Of a DNA stretch of 44,191 nucleotides, positions 26,045-34,249 are shown piece after piece; the first letter of the stretch is position 1, and the number at the start of each line of letters is the position of its first letter. The position numbers and the translations under genes are program-made. The DNA comes from an uncultured archaeon (GTDB lineage: Archaea; Aenigmatarchaeota; Aenigmatarchaeia; CG10238-14; SCSR01). The stretch covers positions 1 to 44,191 of the forward strand of contig CAZERL010000001.1 in assembly GCA_964514495.1 (NCBI GenBank), read 5' to 3'. The notes below the pieces were generated by a model. It was not told the DNA's origin. It worked only from the letters and a program-made list of their open reading frames with translations, and did no database searches.

Positions 26045-26716
26045 ATGCTGAATGCCGCGGTGAGATACCATCCTATAGTGCGATTCATTAAAAAGAAGAA
26101 ACCTGAAACTATTTGCGAGATAGGCAGTGGGTCGAACGGCTTAGGAGAATTTCTGAATGTAAAATTTGTTGGCTGCGACATAGAATTTCCCGCTCGAATA
26201 AACAAAAACATGGTTCCGGTAAAAGCCGATGCTAGAAGATTGCCATTCCCTGCCAACTCATTTGACCTAGTTTTCTCTCTGGATACCATAGAGCATATTC
26301 CTGCCAAAGACCGCAAAAAAGTTTTGGAAGAGATGTTTAGAATTTCAAAAAAATATGTTATTTTAGGTTTCCCTTGCGATGATGTTGCAAGAGATATTGA
26401 TGCAGAAGTAAACAAATTCTATGACATCTTAGGTCTTAAAAAGCCTGCATGGATAGATGAGCATTTGACAAATGTATATCCGACATCAAAAGATATGTAT
26501 GCCCTATTGAAGAAATTCAAATGCTCGTACAAGGTCATGGCAAATGGCAATTTACTGTTTCATAAACTAGTTATTCTTGTAGAATCCTTGCCGTTAATTT
26601 TCTTGATAACCAATATATTTGGTAAATTATTTATTAGATTGCCAGAGACTATGATTAACCTTTTTAACAGGGGGCAAGCATACAGGAAAATATTTTACAT
26701 TGAAAAAGCCAGTTAG
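26045..26716 (+). CDS. Class I SAM-dependent methyltransferase (Methyltransf_11-like)
   Basis: 223 aa. ICEIGSGSNGLG, ADARRLPFPANSFDLVFSLDTIEHI. Confidence 0.75.
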   Translation: MLNAAVRYHPIVRFIKKKKPETICEIGSGSNGLGEFLNVKFVGCDIEFPARINKNMVPVKADARRLPFPANSFDLVFSLDTIEHIPAKDRKKVLEEMFRISKKYVILGFPCDDVARDIDAEVNKFYDILGLKKPAWIDEHLTNVYPTSKDMYALLKKFKCSYKVMANGNLLFHKLVILVESLPLIFLITNIFGKLFIRLPETMINLFNRGQAYRKIFYIEKAS

Positions 26717-26773
26717 CTGTATGCAGCTATTAATGGATGTGAAAATAAGAATTACGTAAACTAAGGTGATTTA

Positions 26774-26883
26774 ATGAAGTTTATTGACTCTTTGAAAGGC
26801 ATTTTAAGCATAATAAAAGAATTATTGAGCCTCCTATGGAGGAAGAAACTTTGGTGGGACCATTTATTTATGCTTTGTTTTAG
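26774..26883 (+). pseudogene. Decayed DUF5989/SxtK-like gene: N- and C-terminal motifs in different frames, TM core deleted
   Basis: AAGGTGA Shine-Dalgarno, then ATG at 26774. The reading gives MKFIDSLKGILSIIKELLSLLWRKKLWW (frame 1). The family C-terminus GPFIYALF-stop appears at 26857-26883 in another frame. The roughly 22-codon hydrophobic segment present in the intact paralog at 6095-6283 is missing. Confidence 0.55.
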
Positions 26884-26907
26884 ATTTCTTAAATTGAACG
26901 TGATTGC

Positions 26908-27132
26908 TTGAAAGGTATATGGAAAAAATGGCTGTTTGTATCCGAAAAGATCGGAAACTTCATGTCCAGAGTAATTCTCACCTTGCTTTATTTTACAATT
27001 TTCGCGATTCCAGGCATCGCTTCTAGACTCTTCACAGATAAGCTGCAGATCAAGAAAAGAAAAACTTCATACTGGGTTGACATCAAAGATAAAGTACCCA
27101 AGGATATAGAAGAAAGCAGAAATCAAGGCTGA
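26908..27132 (+). CDS. SxtJ-like (short form) small membrane protein, partner of the carbamoyltransferase
   Basis: 74 aa from a TTG start. KKWLFVSEKIGNFMSRVILTLLYFTIFAIPGIASRLFTDKLQIKKRKTSYWVD resembles, from memory, the C-terminal half of SxtJ-family proteins (..SPIVLGLLFF..P.GLLMRL.GKDPL.L......SYW..). Confidence 0.6.
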   Translation: MKGIWKKWLFVSEKIGNFMSRVILTLLYFTIFAIPGIASRLFTDKLQIKKRKTSYWVDIKDKVPKDIEESRNQG

Positions 27133-27161
27133 ACAGCCGATAAAATTCAAAATGTGTCAAT

Positions 27162-28889
27162 ATGGTGGCAATATTAGGTATTTCATGTTACTATCATGAT
27201 GCTACCGCATCAATAATAAAGGATGGTAAAATTTTAGCAGCTGCTGCCGAGGAAAGATTCAGCAGAAAAAAGCACGATTTCGGATTTCCTCAAGCTGCAA
27301 TAAATCTTTGCTTAAGAAAAGCTGGTGTTGGTAGCAATGGCTTGGATTATGTCGTATTTCACGAAAAACCCTTCGTTAGATTCGAGAGGCTGCTAAGGAC
27401 TATACTAGAGACATACCCGAAATCATCGACAGTTTTTAGAGAGTCTATGCTGAGCTGGATGAAGGATAAGCTTTGGATTAAAAATACAATAGCACAGAAA
27501 CTTGGGTTAAAAGATGATAAAAAAATATTGTTTAGCGATCACCATCTTTCCCACGCTGCCAGCGCGTTTTTCTGCTCACCATTCAAAGAATCCGCAATAA
27601 TTACGGCCGATGCAGTAGGCGAGTGGACAACAGCAACCATCGGGTCTGGGAAAGATAACAAAATAACTTTGTTGAAAGAACTGAGATTCCCCCATTCTTT
27701 CGGGCTTTTGTACAGTGCTGTAACAGCCTTTCTTGGATTTGAGGTAAATGAGGGGGAATATAAGGTAATGGGTTTGGCGCCATTCGGCAACCCAAAGTAT
27801 AAAGATAAGATATACAAGTTAATCAACCTCTGTGGCGATGGAAGCTTTTCTCTGAATATGAAATATTTCATGTACCACCGGTCTGTTGACAAGATGTTCA
27901 GCAAGGAGTTTGAAAAATTGTTCGGCAAGCCTTGCCCACCAGAAGATAGAGATAAAGTGATTCCATATTATGCGGATATCGCAGCCAGCATACAAGAAGT
28001 TTTGGAAGAGTTGTTGATAAAAACTGCCAATTATGCATATGAACTGACTAAAATGAAAAATCTATGTTTTGCCGGTGGGGTTGCGCTAAATAGCAAAGCA
28101 AACTATAGGATACTCAATGAAACGCCATTCGAGGATATGTTTATACAACCTGCTGCAGGTGATGATGGTGGTTCTTTGGGGGCGGCCTTGTTTGCATATT
28201 ATTCTTTGTTGAATAACGAAAGGAATCCCTATCAACTCGTTTTAAAGAGCGCATATTTCGGCGAAGAATATACTGAGGAAGAAATTAAAAATTTCCTTGA
28301 AAGCAACAAAATAAAATACCAATATTTCGAAGATGAGGACGAATTTTTAAGCGAAGTAGTAAATCATTTGCTAAACCAAAAAGTTATAGGCTGGTTCCAA
28401 GGCAGGTTCGAATGGGGACCAAGGGCATTGGGCAACAGAAGTATCATAGCCGATCCCAGAAATCCTGAAATGAAGGACACAGTTAACAATAAAATTAAAT
28501 TCAGAGAGCCTTTCAGACCCTTTGCACCATCTGTACTTGCCGAAAGGGCGCATGAGTTCTTTGAATTGCCAGAAGTAAGAGACTTTTCTCCCATTAGATT
28601 CATGGTGTACGTCACGCCTGTAAAAAAAGACAAGCGGCATGTAATACCTGCAGTCACGCATATTGACGGTACTGGAAGGTTGCAGACTGTTTCAAAGGAA
28701 GACAACCCAAGATACTATAAGCTGATAGAAAAATTCGAAAATAAGACAAAAGTGCCAGTGATATTGAATACCAGTTTCAATCTAAAAGGGGAGCCTATTG
28801 TCAATAGCCCTGAGGAAGCATATAGTTCATTCATGAGAAGTGGCATGGATTTTCTAGTCTTAGAAAAATTTATTGTTGCTAAAACTTAA
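27162..28889 (+). CDS. NodU/CmcH/SxtI-family O-carbamoyltransferase
   Basis: 575 aa. ILGISCYYHDATASIIKDGKILAAAAEERFSRKKHD..FP is the canonical N-terminus. A C-terminal YrdC/Kae1-like region contains PSVL..FF. Confidence 0.9.
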   Translation: MVAILGISCYYHDATASIIKDGKILAAAAEERFSRKKHDFGFPQAAINLCLRKAGVGSNGLDYVVFHEKPFVRFERLLRTILETYPKSSTVFRESMLSWMKDKLWIKNTIAQKLGLKDDKKILFSDHHLSHAASAFFCSPFKESAIITADAVGEWTTATIGSGKDNKITLLKELRFPHSFGLLYSAVTAFLGFEVNEGEYKVMGLAPFGNPKYKDKIYKLINLCGDGSFSLNMKYFMYHRSVDKMFSKEFEKLFGKPCPPEDRDKVIPYYADIAASIQEVLEELLIKTANYAYELTKMKNLCFAGGVALNSKANYRILNETPFEDMFIQPAAGDDGGSLGAALFAYYSLLNNERNPYQLVLKSAYFGEEYTEEEIKNFLESNKIKYQYFEDEDEFLSEVVNHLLNQKVIGWFQGRFEWGPRALGNRSIIADPRNPEMKDTVNNKIKFREPFRPFAPSVLAERAHEFFELPEVRDFSPIRFMVYVTPVKKDKRHVIPAVTHIDGTGRLQTVSKEDNPRYYKLIEKFENKTKVPVILNTSFNLKGEPIVNSPEEAYSSFMRSGMDFLVLEKFIVAKT

Positions 28890-30483
28890 GCTCATAAATT
28901 ATATTACCGTCACACCCACCTTGTTGTATACACTGCTTTAGGGGTGGGCCATTTTCGTATACTTTTACAAAAGTTTCATTGTTTTCTTCAAAAAACATGA
29001 TTGTATCTATTTTATATGTTTCACTTATAGCTTCATTGCCAAGACTAAACTTTTGTATGAACAAATGAGTTATGCCGACTTCATTGATATCTTTCCTTAT
29101 AAGCTCCAAGTCTTTGCTCAAGAAAATATCAGGCGGATTGCCAACCACAATTCTTTCGCAGCTGTAAGCAGCCCTATGCACCCACACAGTAGATAGTACA
29201 ACATCCTTAGGTAGATTATTTCGAACCCATTCACACGTCTCGAAGAACGCAGGGGAGAATTGTTTTACCTGCTTCATTACTATGAGTTTAGATGACAAAT
29301 TTTGGTATGCCAAAATTATAACTATTAGGAATACTATTACTGCAATATACTTTTGGTGAGACTGTAAAAATTCATATAATCTGCCGAAATATACACCTGT
29401 AAGAATTGCAAAAATTGGTGTCCATGCCAATATGTTTCTTGCAGCGTCTTCGGCTCTTGCTGTAGTAAAATGGAAGTATGGTACAAATGTGAACAAAGCC
29501 AGTAAAAGCAATACACTTGTTACATCTCTGCGTTGCAATAGAATTACCAATCCACCAAAAATACCTAGTGTTACTAGCCATATGTTTCCGAATGCAAAAT
29601 CCAAAAAGTTGGTTATACCCATTCTATAAACACCTTCGTTAGAACCCCCGCCTTGGGTTATAGCCTGATACTGGTATGATTGTTCCCTTAATAGGGTTCC
29701 ATATTCGCAGCCAGCCCTGCCAAAAATTTTATCGGTAAATGGCAAGTAACACTCTGGCACTTTGTAGATGCCCAAATTTCTTACAAAAAAACCGCTTATT
29801 AAGACAATGAATAAAACGAATATTGTCGCGTATTTTGTTATTTGGAAATTTCTTCGTGCCAAATCATAAAACGCCGCCAATAAAATGAATATAATTAAAT
29901 TTACTGACGAGACTTCTGTTAGGAATGCGAATGCAGCAAACGCACCAGTCAGCAATAGGTATTTTTTACTTTCTGTTTTGGCGCTATACAGAAACAATAA
30001 TACAGTAAGTGCAAAATAAAGCGTTACAAGGCCTTCTGTATAGAAAGTTACTGCATATGTTACCACAGAGGGTATAGAAATGAAAACAATCGCTGCAATA
30101 AATCCAATTTTATCATCAAATATTTTCTTTACTAAGATATAGATGGACAATGCGGTCAATAGCGATATAAAGGGCAGTAGTAATTTTACTATAACTTCAT
30201 TGAAGCCAAATACAAGAAAGAAGCCAGCCTCTAACAAATGCAACATAGGTGGTTTACCGAAATTATTCCTACCGGCCTCAGTTCCCTCTATGGTTATCCA
30301 AGCTGAATAATCCTTCTCTTTTGCAATGTAACGTGCCATTCCAGTGTGGAAGGCTTCGTCGCCAAATGTTATAGGACTGGGAAGCGTTACCTGCAGTTCT
30401 AATACAAAAAATACTAATAAGATTACCAATAATGCGATAAGAGATGTATTCTTGAATTCCAGTACTATTTTCTCGTCTGCCAA
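28879..30483 (-). CDS. GT-C fold glycosyltransferase, PMT/ArnT-like (second copy)
   Basis: 534 aa polytopic protein. First-loop FGDEAFHTG, then GKPPMLHLLEAG. Cys-rich soluble C-terminal domain. Confidence 0.75.
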   Translation of the reverse strand: MADEKIVLEFKNTSLIALLVILLVFFVLELQVTLPSPITFGDEAFHTGMARYIAKEKDYSAWITIEGTEAGRNNFGKPPMLHLLEAGFFLVFGFNEVIVKLLLPFISLLTALSIYILVKKIFDDKIGFIAAIVFISIPSVVTYAVTFYTEGLVTLYFALTVLLFLYSAKTESKKYLLLTGAFAAFAFLTEVSSVNLIIFILLAAFYDLARRNFQITKYATIFVLFIVLISGFFVRNLGIYKVPECYLPFTDKIFGRAGCEYGTLLREQSYQYQAITQGGGSNEGVYRMGITNFLDFAFGNIWLVTLGIFGGLVILLQRRDVTSVLLLLALFTFVPYFHFTTARAEDAARNILAWTPIFAILTGVYFGRLYEFLQSHQKYIAVIVFLIVIILAYQNLSSKLIVMKQVKQFSPAFFETCEWVRNNLPKDVVLSTVWVHRAAYSCERIVVGNPPDIFLSKDLELIRKDINEVGITHLFIQKFSLGNEAISETYKIDTIMFFEENNETFVKVYENGPPLKQCIQQGGCDGNIIYELKF

Positions 30484-30667
30484 TCAACCACTTGAATTAA
30501 ACCTAATTACAAGACTGCAAGATTATAAGTTTATTACAAATAATAAAAAAATCTATATAACCCCTTAAATCTTTAACTGCTACAGTAAGCGCATGGAACT
30601 ATGTTCCAGTCTACATTTAATACGTTTAAAAAAGAAATTTTATTAAAGGTAGAACATTGGTGATTGA

Positions 30668-32209
30668 TTGAAAGTATTGTTGTTGAACCCACCTAACCAA
30701 TTCAAAATAAGCAAGACAAGCAGATGGCCCGAATGGACGAAAAGCGGGACTTTATATTATCCATTTTGGCTAGCTTATGCCACATCAGTTCTAATGGAAT
30801 CCAAACACAAACCACTGCTTTTGGATGCTATTGCAAAAAATCTAGACTTCCAGATGACTTTAGAAAAAATCCAGGATTTCAATCCTGATATGGTTGTTAT
30901 AGAATCCTCAACACCCAGTGTGCATAGAGATGCACAGTTTGCCGATGATGTGAAGAAGATATCTGATTCAAAAATAGTTTTCGCTGGTAGACATGTAACC
31001 GCTACAACCGAACAAACCCTGAAGATGTTCAAATCAATTGACATAGTTGCAAGAGGCGAGTATGATTACACTATTTTGGATATTGCAAATGAGCTCAACA
31101 ACGGGCAAAACCTCAAAGAAGTCGTTGGCATCTCATTTAGAAAAAACGGAAATATAATAAATACCCCGATAAGACAATTGACTCAGAATTTAGACGAAAT
31201 GCCGTTCGTATCAAAAGCATACAGGGAATTTTTGGATGTGAGAGATTACAGGTATGCATTAGCACAGCATCCCATGTTGCAGCTTTGGAGCAGTAGAGGA
31301 TGCCCAAATAGATGTACATATTGCGACTATCCTCAGGTGATGACGATGCATACATTCAGAATGAGAAGTGCAAAAAACGTCGTTGATGAAATGGAATACA
31401 TTCATAAAAACTTGCCAAATGTCAAAGAAATTTTCCTTGAAGATGACACATTTACAATTGATAGAAATCGTACGTTTGAAATTTGTAAAGAAATACAAGA
31501 GAGAAAATTAAAACTCATTTGGTCTTGTAATGTTAGAGCTAATCTTGATTATGATATTTTGAAGGCAATGAAGGAAGCTGGTTGTCGTATTTTGATTGTG
31601 GGATACGAAAGTGGCAATCAACAAGTTTTAAACAACATAAAGAAAGGCATTGCGTTAAAACAGGCAGAGGAATTCACCAAACACGCACAAAAACTCGGCT
31701 TAAGGATATTCGGTTGTTTCATGATAGGTTTACCAGGCGATACAAAAGGAAGCATAAATGATACATTGCAGTTTGCAAAAAAGATGCATCCTGATATGGT
31801 ATTTTTCCAACAGGGTGTACCGTTCCCAGGAACAGAATTCTACGAATGGGCTAAGTATATGGGGTATCTGAAGACAGAGGACTACAGCAAGTGGTTTGAC
31901 GAAACAGGTAGACTGGACTGTTTAGTGAATCAGCCAGGCTTGAGTGGAGAAGAGGTTAAAAAAATGAGAGAAAACCTTATGCTGCGATATTACTTGGATC
32001 CAAGGCACATATTCTATACCTTGAGAAGGAATCTCCATCCTTTCGAATTTGTAAGGGTTGTACATTATGCTAAAGATTACCTTGCCTTCCTTATGTTAAA
32101 GAAGCTTAAATCAATGCAAAAGAAAAGCGTGAAAGACGATACGCCTCTAATTCACCACAAGCATGAAGAGAAAGGACCATTTGAAGAAAGACTACTCCAA
32201 TCGACTTAA
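30668..32209 (+). CDS. B12-binding-domain radical SAM enzyme (class B)
   Basis: 513 aa from a TTG start. N-terminal MKVLLLNPP..DMVVIESSTPS..IVFAGRHVT (cobalamin-binding Rossmann-like domain), then SSRGCPNRCTYCDYP (CxxxCxxC). Confidence 0.85.
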   Translation: MKVLLLNPPNQFKISKTSRWPEWTKSGTLYYPFWLAYATSVLMESKHKPLLLDAIAKNLDFQMTLEKIQDFNPDMVVIESSTPSVHRDAQFADDVKKISDSKIVFAGRHVTATTEQTLKMFKSIDIVARGEYDYTILDIANELNNGQNLKEVVGISFRKNGNIINTPIRQLTQNLDEMPFVSKAYREFLDVRDYRYALAQHPMLQLWSSRGCPNRCTYCDYPQVMTMHTFRMRSAKNVVDEMEYIHKNLPNVKEIFLEDDTFTIDRNRTFEICKEIQERKLKLIWSCNVRANLDYDILKAMKEAGCRILIVGYESGNQQVLNNIKKGIALKQAEEFTKHAQKLGLRIFGCFMIGLPGDTKGSINDTLQFAKKMHPDMVFFQQGVPFPGTEFYEWAKYMGYLKTEDYSKWFDETGRLDCLVNQPGLSGEEVKKMRENLMLRYYLDPRHIFYTLRRNLHPFEFVRVVHYAKDYLAFLMLKKLKSMQKKSVKDDTPLIHHKHEEKGPFEERLLQST

Positions 32210-32236
32210 ATTAGTTACTAAGTCTCATTAATTTAG

Positions 32237-33208
32237 GTGAGTAAAATTAAGAGACCACCATCTGTAACAATCCATGTGACAGTCAAGAACGCCGAGGATA
32301 CAATCAAGAAATGTGTAGAGTCTTTGTTGTCTTTGGATTACCCTAACAAACAAATCTATATTACAGAAGCCTATTCGACTGATAGAACATATGATATTCT
32401 AAAACAATATGGAAAACGCATAAAACTTGAAAGGGTGAGAGGTACTGCACCAAAAGCACACAACCATGTTTTCAAAAAAATCAAAACCGATTTCATTGCA
32501 ATGACTGATGCAGATTGTGTTGTCGACAAAAATTGGTTGAAGGATTTGATTAATGCAATAAACTCTGAAGACATTATTGCGTCTGGCGGATTCTGCAAGA
32601 CACCAAGTGATGTTAACAATTTACAGAGGCTTATAGGCATAGAGCTTGAGGATAGATTCAATAGAATGCCTAAGTATGTCAATAGGCTCCCTACTATGAA
32701 TTTTTGCGTTAGAACTGACATCGCCAAGAAAGTGAGGATGAACGAATCTTTAGCTGTTACATTTGAAGCGGATTGGGGAAACCTTTTGTCTAAATTTGGT
32801 AAAATCGCTTATGTGCCAGAAGCCGTAGTATCTCACTACCATCGGTCCACATGGAAAAGCTTTTTCAAGCAACAATTCAATTACGGAAAATACGTGGTGA
32901 AAACTCCTCATGTTTATGTCAAAGCTGGCAAGTTCGGTGATTATCTATCAAAACCAATAATGGGTCTGCAGTTGGTTGCATTCAATTTGTTCCTATTGTC
33001 ATTGTTCGCATCCCTAGTCTCAATGCCACTGATTATAATTTCTTTTAGTTTATTCATCGTGCTTCTAATCATCTATATTTCGGATATACTTAAATTTTCA
33101 AGAAAACCATTAGACGTGTTTAGCTATCTAATGTTATTTTTCGTTAGAACTTTTGCATGGACTTTGGGTTTTGTTACTGGCATATCAGAGATAATCCGAG
33201 GCAAATAG
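32237..33208 (+). CDS. Membrane-anchored GT2 glycosyltransferase (cellulose-synthase-like subgroup)
   Basis: 323 aa from a GTG start. TIHVTVKNAEDTI, MTDADCVV (DxD), degenerate QxxRW region KQQFNYG, and 2-3 C-terminal TM helices. Confidence 0.8.
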   Translation: MSKIKRPPSVTIHVTVKNAEDTIKKCVESLLSLDYPNKQIYITEAYSTDRTYDILKQYGKRIKLERVRGTAPKAHNHVFKKIKTDFIAMTDADCVVDKNWLKDLINAINSEDIIASGGFCKTPSDVNNLQRLIGIELEDRFNRMPKYVNRLPTMNFCVRTDIAKKVRMNESLAVTFEADWGNLLSKFGKIAYVPEAVVSHYHRSTWKSFFKQQFNYGKYVVKTPHVYVKAGKFGDYLSKPIMGLQLVAFNLFLLSLFASLVSMPLIIISFSLFIVLLIIYISDILKFSRKPLDVFSYLMLFFVRTFAWTLGFVTGISEIIRGK

Positions 33209-34249
33209 ATGAAAATTTTAGTCGCTCATGAAAAATTTCCGCCTGAAGTAGCTGGCGGTGGCGAAACAATAGTCTACAATCTAGTAAAAGGCTTGATTAC
33301 GCGCGGACATCATGTGACTGTAATCACAACAGGAAATCCAAAGATAAAGCAATTCGATGGGATAAAAACCATAAGAATCCCAATCAACCGCTACCTGATG
33401 AACCTTTCGTATCCAATAATTCTCAAGCATGCAAAGGACTACGATTTAATTCAAACAACATCTGGAAACATGTGTTTTCCATCATGGAAGGCTGCAAAAA
33501 CATTGAACAAGCCAATAGTTTGCTTAATTCTTCATCTGTTATCCCACCATTGGAAAACAATTCGAGGTGATTTTGTCGGCACAATCTTCCTCCAGATGGA
33601 AAAATTATTTTTAGGAAGAAATTATGATTCGATTGTTGTGATGAATGACAATGCAAAAAATCTTTTAAGGAAAATAAATAAAGCAAGTAAAGTTTATGAA
33701 ATACCTTCCGGTTTCGACTTCAAGTCTCCAAAACCAGTTAAAAAAACCAAATCAATTTTATTCGTCGGAAATCTTTCCATGAATAAGACCATGATTAAAT
33801 TAAAAGGTCTGACAGAATTTGTTGTGACCGCAAAATACTTTCCCGATTACGAGTTCTATGTAGTAGGCAAGGGAGATTATCTCAGCGAGATTAAGAGGCA
33901 TTCACCTTCAAATGTAATTTTTACAGGACCTTTATTCGGAGATAAATTGAGAAACCTATTTTCCAAATCAGAAATTTTCTGCAATTTATCATTGAGCGAA
34001 GGCTTCGGCCTCACAACTGCAGAAGCAATGGCATCAGGCTGTGCGGTAATCTCAACCATCGATATAGGACAATTGGGAATGTTTGTCAATCCTAAAGATG
34101 TCCACGGTTTGAGAAGCGCACTACATTACCTACTCACACACCCAACAGAAATGAAGCAAATGGTCAGCCGCAACAAAAAAATAGCCCAGAAATACACATG
34201 GGATAGATTTGTCGAAGGATTTGTAAAAATTTACAAGCATTTAGTTTAA
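33209..34249 (+). CDS. GT4 (group 1) glycosyltransferase
   Basis: 346 aa. MKILVAHEKFPPEVAGGGE and LSLSEGFGLTTAEAMASGCAVI (E-x7-E). The ATG directly follows the upstream stop. Confidence 0.85.
   Translation: MKILVAHEKFPPEVAGGGETIVYNLVKGLITRGHHVTVITTGNPKIKQFDGIKTIRIPINRYLMNLSYPIILKHAKDYDLIQTTSGNMCFPSWKAAKTLNKPIVCLILHLLSHHWKTIRGDFVGTIFLQMEKLFLGRNYDSIVVMNDNAKNLLRKINKASKVYEIPSGFDFKSPKPVKKTKSILFVGNLSMNKTMIKLKGLTEFVVTAKYFPDYEFYVVGKGDYLSEIKRHSPSNVIFTGPLFGDKLRNLFSKSEIFCNLSLSEGFGLTTAEAMASGCAVISTIDIGQLGMFVNPKDVHGLRSALHYLLTHPTEMKQMVSRNKKIAQKYTWDRFVEGFVKIYKHLV

Noticed and set aside
25951-26415. Long antisense ORFs in the six-frame track: 25951-26415 (154 aa), 4599-4973, 27539-27928, 23054-23347, 23408-23761, 40369-40725, 19047-19352, 28364-28705 and others.
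   Set aside because: Each lies opposite a gene with clear family motifs on the other strand. Their low-complexity translations carry no recognisable motifs, so they look like shadow ORFs.
30594-30663. A perfect 6-3-6 palindrome TGGAAC-TAT-GTTCCA (30594-30608) in the 184-nt divergent region upstream of the radical SAM gene. A 20-codon uORF (ATG 30601 to TGA 30663) ends 4 nt before the TTG start.
   Set aside because: A 6-bp-arm palindrome with a free spacer is expected by chance at appreciable frequency in about 180 nt. The uORF has no SD motif or other recognisable feature. It is worth a glance only if it is conserved in relatives.
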